From contig OX597816.1 of assembly GCA_951406725.2 (NCBI GenBank), positions 17,112,001 through 17,176,000 of the forward strand: DNA of 64,000 nt. Direction: 5' to 3'. The stretch comes from Octopus vulgaris (Eukaryota). Below the pieces are notes generated by a model. It was not told the DNA's origin, made no database searches, and worked only from the letters and a program-made list of their open reading frames with translations. The translations under genes and the position numbers were made by a program. This document shows, piece by piece, positions 1 to 14,110 of this stretch (the stretch's first letter is position 1; every line of letters starts with the position of its first letter).

Positions 1-307
1 AAATTAGCACTTGACGCTGATATTTGTTGGCTTTGGGGTTTTGAAAAACTCATTTCTTTTTTTTTTTTTTGTATACATAGCATTGGGTTTTTTTTTGGCT
101 AGAAGTGAAAGATAATGCCCTGGAAGTTTGCATTGTGTCCAATATCTCGTCCAGGTCATATAAAAATGACAGTATTTTTATTAACATGATTATTTTTTTC
201 ATCTATATCAAAACTACATTGGAATATAAAACTCCAGACTGCAGTGTACGCATTCGTAACTTGAACACGAATCCACAATATACAAATATACGCATATGTG
301 TGCATAG

Positions 308-338
<31 letters not shown>

Positions 339-845
339 CAGAGAGAGAGAGAAATTGATAGAGAGATAGATAGAGAGAGATTGATAGAGAGAGAGAGAGA
401 GAGATGCATAAACTTTGCAGAATTTGAGTGTTCGCGCGCGTGCATGTGTGTGTGTGTATGTGTGTCTGTGTGCACAATCTAAACGAGCATTCTTTTTCTT
501 TCATTTGTGTACATCTATCTATATATACATATGTACGTATATATTATTATTATTATATTATATTATATTATATTATATAACGATCAATTAAATCAGTGAT
601 CGGCTGTCAGCAGATACTTGAGTAGGTTACAGCAGGTGCCTCATGTGTACATGACACCTCTGTGGATTGGAACGACGACTAAACAGCTAACAAAAAAAAA
701 AGGTGAGTAATGAACAGTAAATAATTAAATGCTATCAAACCACTTGCTGAGGGCGTCTTGTTTCCTCGCTGTCTACACAGCAGATACTGTCTCTTTTACA
801 GAGAATAAATAAATAAATATATATATTTTTTTTTTTTTTTTTTTT

Positions 846-1194
846 TTCTTGTTTCAGTCATTTGACTGCGGCCATGCTGGAGCACCGCCTTTAGTCGAGC
901 AAATCGACCCCGGGACTTATTCTTTGTAAGCCCAGTACTTATTCTATCGGTCTCTTTTGCCGAACCGCTAGGTGACGGGGACGTAAACACACCAGCATCG
1001 GTTGTCAAGCAATGCTAGGGGAACAAACACACACACACACATACACATATATATATATATATACGACAGGCTTCTTTCAGTTTCCGTCTACCAAATCCAC
1101 TCACAAGGCATTGGTCGGCCCGGGGCTATAGCAGAAGACACTTGCCCATGTGGTTGGTTAGCAAGCTACTTACCACACAGCCACTCCTGCGCCT
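846..1194 (-). mobile_element. tRNA-derived SINE, family A (CORE-like 'gggcaagtgtcttc' body, internal microsatellite); CpG-intact copy with a deletion around the B box
   Basis: Reverse complement starts aggcgcaggagtggctgtgtggtaag (A box), then gagtggatttggtagacggaaactgaaagaagc, (TA)n(TG)n and the tail ...ccagcatggccgcagtcaaatgactgaaacaag; more than 10 related copies in the window. Confidence 0.9.
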
Positions 1195-1485
1195 ATGTAT
1201 ATGTATGTATGTATGTATCGAAGCAGCTAATTACGTCGATATTCTAAGTTATTCGGTGGAATTTAAACAAATGGTTTACGAAAACAAAGTGATCCCTTTA
1301 GGAGACGAAATCGAATAAAAAGCATGATCAATAGATAGAAATACTTCTAGCAGACGTTCGGTTTCTTACCGAACTTTTAACACAAACATTATTTGAGAGT
1401 TTAAGTCCATCTTTTTTTTTAAAAACAACAGTGTTTAAAACTTATGCAGGATATAATATTTTTTTTTTTAACATTTCCCAGATAT

Positions 1486-1516
<31 letters not shown>

Positions 1517-2796
1517 GCATAAACTGTACATTGCAGATCGATAACTGCCTGCATATAGTCAAGACTATGTTAAAAAAAAAAAAAAGTGTAAGAATATGTT
1601 AGTTATAGAGTAAAGGAATGCGTGTGTGTACATTCGAACAGAGATCGAATGAGAAACTAGAGGAAGACAGAAAATATATTGATGAGGAAAAAAGGAAAGG
1701 GAAAGAGGTTTATTGGAAAGTATGAGAGAAGTGATATGAAGGATGTCAACGAGTGCAAAATGTACATATTTTCTAGTTCTGTGTAAAAATGCCGAAAATA
1801 TCTTCACATCGGAGTCCTGACAGGGGGAGTTCTCGATCGACTTGAAGCTTTTCGCCTCTTGTGTCTGTTAGTGAATTAAGTAAACGCCACTAAGATACTA
1901 CTACTGTGAGAGAAAACGCATCGATCCGACTTATCTTTCCACCCCTTGTAGAAAGAAATTGGCCTTGTACCCGATCAAAACAGAACTAGCGATGCGCGGC
2001 GTTGTTATGCAGTAAAGTAAGCTCGGTACGAATACAAGTTCGCGACTTGGTTTCAATTCACAGTCGAAGAAGAATTTTCTTTCATCTCGCCGTTCTGATG
2101 CGATTGAAAATTTACTAAATATCACTTATTCTTCTTCTTCGTATCTATATAAGAAACATTCGACCCCGACGACTCTTATTATTATTATTATTTTCTATGC
2201 AAACCATTATTATTTCACTTGGGAAAATCATTAACTTCACTATCTCAATTCTTTATCACCACGCGAAGCTTTGCGTCGATTGAAAGAGAGTATGATGGAT
2301 GATATGAGGCATGTAGCAAGCCTAAGGTTTCAATGTAACTAGTTTCGCTTATCTTCTAAGTTCAATTAACACCAGGATCGATTTTGATATTCGACTCAGT
2401 CGATAAACTAAATACCACTCGGGTACTAACGTCAAATCCACTTGACTGTTCCCATTCTTAGTAAAAAAAAAAATTGTCCTAATAAAAGTAATCATTTTCT
2501 TTTTTCTTTCTTTCGCAAATGTTCGCTTATTAACAACATAGCTCAGAGTCGCACATTTTAAGAGAAGGAAACCGGCTCCGTTGCGACATTCACACCTTTC
2601 TTCCAAAGTCATTAGCGATGGAAGAGAAATGGCTCTTTCTTCTCTTCACCCCCTCTCTGTCTGTCTGTCTGTCTCTCTCTCTTGGCAGGAATCGAAACCG
2701 AGATGCAGAATTGAATTAGTGACAGCTAACAGCTCTCTTCTCTACAACACTTGCTATTGAGAATCATAATAATGTTAATAAGCAAAAACTACATAG

Positions 2797-2977
2797 ATGA
2801 TGATGGTGATGATGGTAATGGTGATGATGGTAATGATGGTGATGATGATGGTGATGATAATGGTGATGATGGTGATGATGATGGTGATGATGGTAATGAT
2901 GGTGATGATGATGGTGATGATGGTAATGATGGTGATGATGATGGTGATGATGGTAATGATGGTGATGATGATGGTGA

Positions 2978-2980
<3 letters not shown>
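2797..2980. repeat. Compound (GAT/GGT/AAT)n repeat with a 30-bp higher-order period
   Basis: Unit atggtgatgatggtaatgatggtgatgatg recurs every 30 nt from 2881 to 2970. Confidence 0.9.
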
Positions 2981-3023
<43 letters not shown>

Positions 3024-3419
3024 CGTTTTATTATTGAAAAGGTTTTATCCTCTTACGCATAACAGACAGTTACCTTACACACGTAAATATTTTTTTTTAA
3101 AGTAAGCAAATAAAAATATAAAAAAAATAAAGGCCTCAAGCCATACAGAAATTCCACCATCACCCACTTGAACTTCGCAGCGCACAACCATCACCACCAC
3201 CACCATTCTCCTTTTCATACAAGACACCAGCACAGTCCCTATTAAATAACCACCTGCAACCTACCGTCACCAAATCAGTTCCATTCATTCATTGAAATTT
3301 TTTTTTCTTTCTGCTCACACAACCACTCGCACACATACACTGAGTATGCTTTTAACCGAATTACATTTGTATAGTATTTGCTTTTAAAATGTTAGTGTTG
3401 GGTTTTCACTGTTATTTCT

Positions 3420-3493
3420 ATTTAGCCCCCGGGTCAGCCTTAATTCGTCTAGGACTACTTTACCTAATGCGTCCGTCCGTCTGCTGTTGATGG

Positions 3494-3527
<34 letters not shown>

Positions 3528-3612
3528 TTAAAGACAGTAAGGTGTGATTTGTGAGAAATTTGGCTGCTACGTCTAGCAAGTTCAGCGACCACATTAAAGC
3601 CCCTTTCGTTGC
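3420..3612 (+). mobile_element. Unclassified old interspersed repeat, family F
   Basis: Motifs tttagccc..ggtcagcc and atttggctgctatttctagca recur at ~5355, ~6945-7120 (-), ~7385-7570, ~8880 (-), ~18450-18620, ~19550, ~56050. Confidence 0.65.
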
Positions 3613-3919
3613 CTCGTGTTTATTAAGTTAACCGAAGCGAAGGTAGGCACTGTGGCTTTTGTTGGCGGTTGGTGAAGGTTGCGGTCGTTGTGCAGGTTTT
3701 ATGCTGCACTTTGGTGTAAATGTGATATGATGTGTTGTGTTGTGCTGGTTGCAGAAATAACGGATTGTGTGTGTATGCATGTGTGTGTGTGTATGCATGT
3801 GTGTGTGTGTATGTGTGTGTGTGGTGGTGTTGGTGGAGGAGAGAAATGAACTGGTCAGACAGACAAACAGACACTCAGAAAAGAGACTGAAACAACACCA
3901 ATAACAAATATATATACAT

Positions 3920-4000
3920 GTACATATATATATATATATATATATTATCCGATACATACATACACATATATATATATATATATATATCCGATACATACAT

Positions 4001-4045
<45 letters not shown>

Positions 4046-4058
4046 CCGATACATACAT

Positions 4059-4098
<40 letters not shown>

Positions 4099-4125
4099 CA
4101 TACATATTATATATATATTATCCGT

Positions 4126-4176
<51 letters not shown>

Positions 4177-4225
4177 CCGATACATACATACACACATATA
4201 TATATATATTATCCGATACATACGT

Positions 4226-4261
<36 letters not shown>

Positions 4262-4330
4262 CTATATTATCCGACACATACGTACACAATCTCATACATA
4301 CGTACATGTATTTCTGTATGTATATTATAT
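3920..4330. repeat. Composite minisatellite: core tatccgatacatac separated by variable (CA)n(TA)n
   Basis: About 7 cores near 3946, 3985, 4043, 4119, 4174, 4210, 4268. Confidence 0.85.
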
Positions 4331-4588
4331 ATATGTATGTGTGTGTGTGTGTAGGAAAAAGAAAAAGTGAGACAACAAAACAGGTTGGTGGAGTGATGAC
4401 GGTCAATAAAAGATTTGAAAGCGGGATTCCGCTAAGTTTTATCAGCCTTCTTTACTCTCCTCTGCTTCTCCTCCTCCACCCTCCACACATAACATACATC
4501 TCACCGCAAGAAGTAGCAAAACAGATAACGTTGTGTTCATATAGATTATTGACAGCTTTAGTCGGTGCTCCGCGGTACATATATATAC

Positions 4589-4650
<62 letters not shown>

Positions 4651-4773
4651 TAATAAATAAAATATATGCATACATACAAACATATATGTACGTACCTACA
4701 TCTACAAGTATATATATACATGCATATATAAACATATATACGTGAGTACAGGACACCACAACTAGACGTAGAA

Positions 4774-4807
<34 letters not shown>

Positions 4808-5759
4808 GTGTGTGTGGTGTACATCTCTGGGTTGCGTGGAACCTGTGGTAATACACGTATGTGTAGTAATATGTATGTATGTGTGTAGTAATATACTTAT
4901 GTTACTACACATAGGGATATACAAATGTAGGTGAGCGTGTGTATAATAATAAATTTGTATGTAGTGTGTGTGAGTACGTGTGTCACTATGTATATATATA
5001 TATATGTGTGTGTGTGTGATCGCATCTGTGTGGCAGTGTATCTGTGAGCGTGTGAGAGTGTGTCACTATGCATATATATGTGTGTGTGTGATCGCATCTG
5101 TGTGGCAGTGTGCATGTGAGCGTGTGTATAATAATAAATTTGTATGTAGTGTGTGAGTGTGTGTCACTATATATATATATATATGTGTGTGTGTGATCGC
5201 ATATGTGTGGCAGTGTATCTATGCATGTGTACGTGTGTACGCATCTCTATGTTGTAGTATAAGTGTCGATGCTGGTGTGAAGTGTACGTACGTCTGCACG
5301 GCAGGATGGATATATCTGTTGTAGTAAATGTGTGTGTGTCTGTCTGCGGCTGCTCTTGTTTAGCCCAAGGTCAGAATCTGATCGAACATGGTCTACAATC
5401 AAAGACATACCAGACATGACCATCATCACATCTGTGTTACAGACACTACGTTGTTCTGTTTTATTTTTCATTTTTTTTCTTCTATTTTTTTCGTAACAGG
5501 TTGAGAGGCGGCAACAGAGAGATTCCCCTCGATGCTAGATCTATCTACTTCTGTGTGGTGTGTGTATAACGTCTATATTGTTGTGTGTGAGCCTCTATCG
5601 GTGATCGTGTGCATGTTGCTACAAGCACCATCGCCGAGTGCTCTTGTTATGCACTCTCGATGGTGGAGAATGGTAAGAGGCGGTCGGGGGGAGGCACAGT
5701 GCAATGACATGGTGGCGATTTTGTAGTGGTGAGTTTGACAACGCATCGCCTGCATGCTA

Positions 5760-6190
5760 ACATACACACATACATATATACATACGTACATAGTACAATC
5801 ATACATACATACAGATATATACCTACATACATACGTACGTACGTACATACATACATAGATATACATACATACGTACAATCATACATACATACATACATAC
5901 ACACATACATACATACATACGTACAATCATACATACAATCATACATACATACGTACAATCATACAATCATACATACATACGTACATTCATACAATCATAC
6001 ATACATATAATCATACATACATGCGTACAATCATACATATAATCATACATACATACGTACAATCAAACATACATATAATCATAGATACATGCGTACAATC
6101 ATACATACACATATACATACATACATACATACATACATACATACATACATACATACGCATACATACACACACACATACACACATACGTAC
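5760..6190. repeat. Degenerate (CATA)n array with recurrent acaatc interruptions
   Basis: Seen directly; a similar array lies at 8335-8640. Confidence 0.9.
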
Positions 6191-6413
6191 GTTCTGCGAG
6201 TGTGACATCAATTATACATCAATTTAACTGTGGCAAGTGTATTTATGATGTGTACATATTGAATGCATATATGTACACTGTATGTCTCAGAACAATCGCC
6301 AGTACATGTGGATGGAGGTCTGAATGAATGATGGGGAGGGGAAAAATGCGCGTATGAGCCTAGCTTTCTATTATTATTTGTACCTCTTGTTTTGTTTATG
6401 CCCATACGCATAC

Positions 6414-6454
<41 letters not shown>

Positions 6455-6715
6455 CCATCCGCACATAAAAATTATTTGATCATTGATAAATTCCTACACG
6501 CATATACACACACACATACATACATACACATACATAAATATATATATTTGTTGGAAATTAATCATAGTGTGTATATCGAGCGAGCACAAGTGCAATGATG
6601 CGTGTTTGTGCAGGCATATATAACAGGGTGTGTACAATTGTACACTATACATGCAGTTTTCACCATTGTGTTTCACGAGTTAAATATTCATAAACATGCG
6701 TACACTTGTGTGTGC

Positions 6716-6789
<74 letters not shown>

Positions 6790-9700
6790 ATGCGTGTGGC
6801 ATTGCGAACAGAGTGTGCGTATGCCATTGCACAGGGAAGTCTAAATGATTTCCTGAGCAAGTCAAATAATAATATATTAGAAGACAACTGTATAAAATGG
6901 TATGTATGTGTATTTGATAGCAGTATATAGCTGCACTATAGAACAGATTGATCAACGGGAAAATCTTCGATCTGTGTGGCCCGATCTGCTAGAAACAGCA
7001 GTCAAATACCCCTCGTATTACATCTTAGGGATGCATTATACCCGGGAAAAAAAATGCGGTTACGGTTGGAATCGCTTTGATTAGAGGTTTGCAAGGTCTC
7101 TTGTTTTGGGGCTAAACAACAGATTAAATAGATTTATTTACAATTACTACTTATTATCTAATGATAATAGTTAATTCCCTGTCGAGAATGTATGTATACA
7201 AATAATAAAATAACAAAAGCTTATATATACATTAGTACTATATATGAAAAAAAAGTAAATGTACGAGTTGAATACGCAGGGATGCGTTATATATATCAAT
7301 ATAATGCATATGTGTATGTATATATATATATATATATATATATTTCTTTACGTGGAAGTTTAAATGGTTGTATGTGTAGCTGGCTTTATTTAGCCCTAGG
7401 TCGGTCTTGATCGAGCAGATTTAGGTACTCAGTACTCAGAAGCGTTCTATATTTGACCATCTCGTATATTTAGGTGCTTATTTTAAAACATGCATTGTCA
7501 AGTCTGCTATTTACTACTAAAAGCAACAGTGGAATCTGGCTGTCATTTCTAGCAGGTTGACCGATCGCGTAGTCACCCCCCATTCATTCGTATGTATGTT
7601 TATACGTATGTGTGTGTATGATCGTGCGTATAAGCAAAAGTTTCAGCGTATACATAATGCAATATTCGAAATGAAAGGAACTTCGGTGAATAAAATATCT
7701 GCATGTATGTGCATGTATATGCATCTTTAGTGTGCAACACATACAACTCTGATTGATGTGATCCATACACACACATCTACACACATGTATGCATGTGTGT
7801 GCCTATCAGTAGGTACGACCATAAGGAAAGACAAGCACTCAAAACACAAAGTTGAGTGACCACCAATATTTTAAAACATTTTATTACATCTTCGTTACTC
7901 CAGGTTTCGTGTTACCGCTTATCGACACGACTGAAAAATTCTCATTTTTTTTTTTTTTTCAATCTCACTCACACACACACACACGTGTATATATGTGTGT
8001 ATATGTATGTGTGTAAAATTCTTTCGGTGTTTATAAGTCGTTTCGGTATATGTATGTCAGTCAATTTATGTGCATCTGGTATGTGCAGCAAAATACAATA
8101 AGATCATATACAATTGTATTTATATCACATATATATATATGACATACATACGTATATGTATCATATATGTCCATGATATACACACGTACATGTATCATAT
8201 ACTTATATATATATATATATATACGTACGTGTATCGTATACTTATGTATATATATATTTTTTTTCTTTCACTATCACACACACGTGTATATGTATGTGTG
8301 TGAAGAATCTTTATATATATATATATATATATACACACACATACATACATACATACATACACACATACATACATAAAATCATACATTCACACACATACAT
8401 ACATACAATCATACATACACACACACATACATACACATACATACACACACACATACAATCATACATACATACATACATACATACATACATACACACACAC
8501 ATACATACATACACACACACATACATACACACATACATACATACATACATAGATACACACACACATACACACATACATACACACATACATACATACACAT
8601 ACATACACACAATCATACACACACACATACATACATACATGTTTGTATATATCATGTGCGTGTGCGCGTATATTATTCACACACGCATTGATTTTATTCA
8701 ACAATGAAATAATTTAGATGGGAAGCATATCTGAGTGAACATTTACCAAGTAATAAGTCAATATAACAGCAATATTACAACAATATAGAGGCGACATAAA
8801 AGGCAAAGAACAATCAATTAAAGGCTGCCCCCCTTCCAGAAGACCAAGACGCAAGGTGCTTGTTCATAATTACGATCAAGTGACTGCTAGAAATAGCAGT
8901 CAAATTCCGTTTGATTAATTATCATTATTATTGTTGATTATTATTTAAAAAAAAAATTTTTTTTTTTATCATAATATATTTGAGAATTCAGAAAATGAAT
9001 GAAAATAATAAAAATAATATTTTTTTTTGAAATATTTGATATATTTTTTTGGGGGGGAAAATACACAAAAAAAAACTTACTGCATTATTTAAAGGAAATT
9101 ATAAAATGAATGAATGAAACAAATACATTTTTTTTTTATATAAGTGTATATATTATATTATTGAAGCAAAACATATCAAGAGGTGTGTATATATATATAT
9201 AAATATATGTATATGTATGTATACATGTGTGTGTGTGTATGTGAATGCTTGTATATGTATATATATATATATATATATACATGTGTGTATATAAATATAT
9301 GTATATGTGAATGCTTGTATATGTGTATATATATATAACATGTGTGTGTATATATGTATATGTGAATGTTTATATATGTATATATATACATGTGTGTGTA
9401 TATATGTATGTGAATACTTGTACATGTATGTATATATATAACATGTGTGTGTGTATATATGTGTAATGCTTGTATATATATGTATATATATATATACATG
9501 TGTGTATATATGTACATGTGAATGCTTGTATATGTGTATATATACATGTGTGTATATATGTGTATGTGAATGCATGTGTGTACATATGTTTATATATTTA
9601 TGTATATACATGTTGTATATATTATGTTTATGTATATATTTGTGCAAGTATATTCAGTCTATATATATACATACATTAGAGCATGTGTGTATGCATGTAT

Positions 9701-10151
9701 GGATATGCACATGTGTATATATAGTACATGTATACAATATGTATATAGTTTATGTATATAGTATGTGTATATAGTATGTATATATATGTACATTAGTCTG
9801 TATGTACAAATATTTCTGCATAAATGAGCGCATGTATGTATGTCTATCTACGTATGCATATAGTACATATATAGTACGTAACTACGTATGCATATACTAT
9901 GTATATAGTACGTATGTGTGTGTATAAATACACACACAGTTGCATATATGTATGTGTGCAGGTATGCGTATGTATGAACATGTATATAGTGTCTGTGTGT
10001 GTATACATTTATGCATATATATACATATATATATCGTGCGATTGCATATACATTTAATGGGGGAGGGGGGAAATTATAGGATTTTTCTTTTTTGATTTTT
10101 TTTTTTCTTTTTTTTTTTTTGGTTGTTTGTTTTTAAATTGTTTGAACTTAC

Positions 10152-10242
10152 CGTCCTCATCCTCCAGGCATTTGCTATTAATAAGCAGCGTAAAACAGGA
10201 GAAGACAATAACAGTCACCACACTAAACATAACAATCTTCAT
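10152..10242 (-). CDS. First coding exon of a secreted or membrane protein (signal peptide); family unidentified, downstream exons not found in the window
   Basis: aaaacaATG context; MKIVMFSVVTVIVFSCFTLLINS-KCLEDED has a basic N-terminus, hydrophobic core and small residue at the likely cleavage site; it ends at a consensus G|GTAAGT donor (GT at 10151-10150), phase 1, in non-repetitive sequence. Confidence 0.75.
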
Positions 10243-10609
10243 TGTTTTAGTCCAACGTAACGGACAGTGGAATTGGAAGAAAGCAGACGACGAGTAAAGT
10301 CCATAGGCGGTGTGTGTGTATTAGAACACTGGTAGATAGATAGAGCGAGGGGGGGAGTGAGAGTAGAGCTGTGATAGTGAGTGAGTGAGAGAAACAGAGA
10401 TAGAATGATAGAAAGGAGCGAGAGAGCGAGCGAGCGAGCGAGTGAAGGGGAGAGAGAGATAGAACGGGTGAACGAGCGAGCGAGCGAGCGAGTGAGTGAG
10501 TGAGAGTGAGAGAGAGAAATAGACTGACAGCTACAAAGAGAGGGATTGGATGAAACAGAGTGTAAGTGTACGTATGGGAGTGTAGCGTGTACGTAGATAT
10601 GTGCGCGTG

Positions 10610-10640
<31 letters not shown>

Positions 10641-11139
10641 GTATGTATATATATATGTATGTATATATGTATATATATATGAATGTATATATATGAATGT
10701 ATATATATATGTATGTATATATATATGAATGTATATATATGTATGTATAAATATGTGTGTGTATATAAATGTATGTATATATATGTGTGTGTTTATAGAG
10801 AGAGAGAGGGGGAAGGGATGGAGAAATAGACTAACAGCTACAAAGAGAGAGATTAGATAAAGTAGTGTATACGTGTGTGAGTGTGAAATGTGTGCGTGAG
10901 TGTGAAATGTGTGTGTGAGTGTGAGTGAAGAAAAGCGAGAAAGAGAGTGATGTGGAGTGAAAGTAAGTCAATTAGAAATACTAGTAAAAAAGAGAGAGAG
11001 AGAGCGAGATAGAGAGAGGAGGGAAAAAAAGGAAAGAGACGCAGAAGAGAATTGAATGAAGTAGAGTAAAAAAGAGAGTGAGACACAGAGAAAGAGAGAG
11101 AGGAAGAGAAAAGAGGGAGAGAAGGAGAGAGAGAGAAAT

Positions 11140-11309
11140 GGATGGATGCAGACGACAGCGACGTGCAAGAAGAGACTGAGTGTGCGTCGGTAGCAGTGAC
11201 GGCGCGTCTCTTTGCCGCCGCCGCCGCTGCTTGCTTGCTTGGTACCTCCTCCGTCACTCCGCCACCGCCACTATCCGACAAACGTGGTACTTGTAGCTCT
11301 GGTCCTATT

Positions 11310-11354
<45 letters not shown>

Positions 11355-11830
11355 CTGCTTGGTGAATTTTTTTCCAGCAACACTTGAAGAGTGGACGATG
11401 ATGTTAATAATAATAATAATAATAATAATGTAGTTTAGCCGGTAGTACTGAATGGTTTCAGGTTGTTAATACAGTAGTAGTGGTTGTGTTAGAGTAGCGG
11501 CGACGGCGGCGGCGTCGTCGGTGGTGGTGGTGGTGAATACGCAGATACGACGTAGTGGTGGTGGTGGCGGTGGCGGCGGCAGCAGCCGCCATTTATAACT
11601 CCGACATCTGCCGAACGGTTGGGAACGGTGTTCAAATGACGAGTAAGACAAGACTACATCCAAACAAGCCATGTGTAAAGTGCTTCGCCTTGGTTATTAT
11701 CACAGACCATCGTTGCTCTCCCCATCCTTTTACTATACCCTCGAAGCCCTCGCTGACGACGGCTGTGTGTAGTTGCTCCGATTCAGACTGGAGGTGTTGC
11801 TGGCATCTTGCATGACTGGATGAAGACACA
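11140..11830 (-). promoter_or_regulatory. GC/CpG-rich island upstream of the signal-peptide exon: probable promoter or 5' leader
   Basis: CpG-dense unique sequence with (GCC)/(GGC)/(GGT) runs and a YY1-like GCCGCCATTT at 11585-11594, flanked by GA/CT-rich tracts. Confidence 0.5.
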
Positions 11831-12904
11831 TGCTTCAATAGATAAGAAAAGAAAAGAGAAACTGTGTGAGTGTATCTGTGGTTGTGTCTGTGTGTGCGTA
11901 CCAAATGTCTAGCAGTATCCGTGTTGAAAAGAGAGCGAGTGTGCGATGAATGAATGAACGAGTAAATGTTTTAAAAAGTGAGCGCGAATGAATGAATGAA
12001 TGAATGAACGTGTGTGTTTGTGTGTGTGTGTGTGTGCCTGCATCAGAGAAAAACTGAAAGCGAGAGGAAAAGAAAGCTTGTGTTTGAATAGATAGATGTA
12101 TCATAAAACTGAATGTGTGTATGAAAGAGAGAGAGAGAGAAAGTGAGAGAGAGATCGAGAAGGGGGAAATGATGAAGAGTGACAGAGAATCGAAAAGACA
12201 GTAAAAGACAACGAACGGTCAAGTATAGGAAAAAGAAAAAAATCGAGAGGAGATGCTGATTTTTTACTGCCCACTTAAAGATTACTTTATCATGGATATA
12301 TATATATAGATATGTATACATAAAAAAAATATGAATCTCCGAAGGATCGGGAGAAAAAAGAAGAAATATGAGGAAAGTCCCAATGAAGACGGCGATAAAA
12401 AAAAAAGTCGATTAACACAGAAAAACCCTCAACTGGAAAGCGCTATATTTTTTGTTCTTTAGTATCAAAAATCTTTTATTTAAAATCTTTTTTTTTTTTC
12501 AGCCAGGTTTGTTTTTTTTTCATCTTGATCAGAACTGCACAGATGTATATCAACTAACGAAGATTGATTGCAAATATATATATATATGTATATAAATGTG
12601 TGTGTGTATATATATTTGATTATATATTTGACGGAGTGTTGTTCTCCGCTCATGCGGCACTTTTCTGCCCCATCGTTCAGAAGGACGGACTTAATAACAA
12701 CAAGCTTTTGTTTTTCTTTTAAATGAAAGAACATATGTTTAAAGAGTGACCGTGCGTGATAGAAAAGCATGTGAAAAGTCGGGAGACGATCGAAAGAAGA
12801 GAGCGAGAGAGAAAGAAAGTAAAAGGGCGAAAAGCTCTGCAAATACAGTGAAATCGCATTTCTCCTATACACGTATTCCTTGTAATATTAAGCAAAAAAT
12901 TATG

Positions 12905-12936
<32 letters not shown>

Positions 12937-13265
12937 AAGAGTGTGTGTGTGACTTTACAGTACCTTAATGACCTGTGTGAATCACAGGTATGCATGTGGA
13001 TATATATGTATGCACTTATATTATTTATAAAAATATAAATGTTGCTAAGTTTTCAGAAAAGATCATAAAATTTTTCAAAAATTCTAATTTGCGCTCGAAT
13101 AACAACACTCAACTTCAGCGATCCACGTTTCTATTCTGGAATGAACAATTAGATGTTTGCTCTGCAATTATCCTATTCTTTCGGGGTTTTTTTTTTTATA
13201 CATATAATAATGGCAGTAGTCTTGTATCATAACGCTAAAAAAAAATGTATATATGACGAATGTTC

Positions 13266-13304
<39 letters not shown>

Positions 13305-13463
13305 CTGTTTGATTTTGTGTATTGTTTATTTATTTCATTCTAAGATGTGTGATTAATTATGCAGATACATGTCATGTTTTGTGAGCACGATTGTATAAAC
13401 ACGGCTGAGTAAAGTTGACAGGAGCAGGTGCGCAAGTTTTGTTCGGGTTTTTTTATTTCTTTC

Positions 13464-13496
<33 letters not shown>

Positions 13497-13724
13497 GTTA
13501 TTACTATTATTCTTATTATTATTGTTGTTGTTATTATTATTGCTGTTGTTGTTGTTGTTGTTTTTGAAAGTAAATTAGTGTTTGACAGTGTAACATCTGT
13601 GTGTATGTCACGAACACGTCTATTGAAAAAAAAAAGCGTTAGTGGGTAGTTGTTCAGAACTGTGATTGTGAATATTTCTTATCAATTTACTTAAATATAC
13701 ATATATATATATGGCCTTATGTAA

Positions 13725-13780
<56 letters not shown>

Positions 13781-14110
13781 TTGTATGTATATATATGTGT
13801 GTGTGTGTGTTTGTATGTATATATATGTGTGTGTGTGTGTTTGTATGTATATATATATGTGTGTGTGTGTGTTTGTATGTATATATATATATGTGTGTGT
13901 GTTTGTATGTATATATATATATGTGTGTGTGTGTTTGTATGTATTTATATATATATGTATGTACATTTGTATATATGTGTTTGTATGTATATATATGTAT
14001 GTACATTTGTATATATATGTTTGTGTGTGTGTTTGTATGTATATATATGTATGTACATATGTATGTGTGTGTGTATATATAAATGCATATGTATATATAT
14101 ATATGATATA
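13725..14110. repeat. (TA)n plus a composite array of gtgtgtttgtatgtatatat units
   Basis: Seen directly. Confidence 0.9.

Noticed and set aside
2751-3105. Asp/Gly-rich and Met/Val-rich ORFs resembling an acidic biomineral protein
   Set aside because: Translation of a (GAT/GGT) microsatellite running into (TA)n; no exon boundaries
3920-4330. CRISPR-like look (constant core plus variable spacers)
   Set aside because: Spacers are (TA)/(CA) runs of irregular length, the context is eukaryotic and there are no cas genes; the same applies to the 44-bp and 77-bp tandem arrays, which have no unique spacers
5500-5728. Plus-strand antisense exon (acceptor 5499, donors 5673/5729)
   Set aside because: The acceptor region looks like a decayed family F repeat; no independent support
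7895-7930. Possible second exon of the signal-peptide gene (minus acceptor at 7932-7931)
   Set aside because: In-phase reading hits a stop after ~15 codons with no good donor
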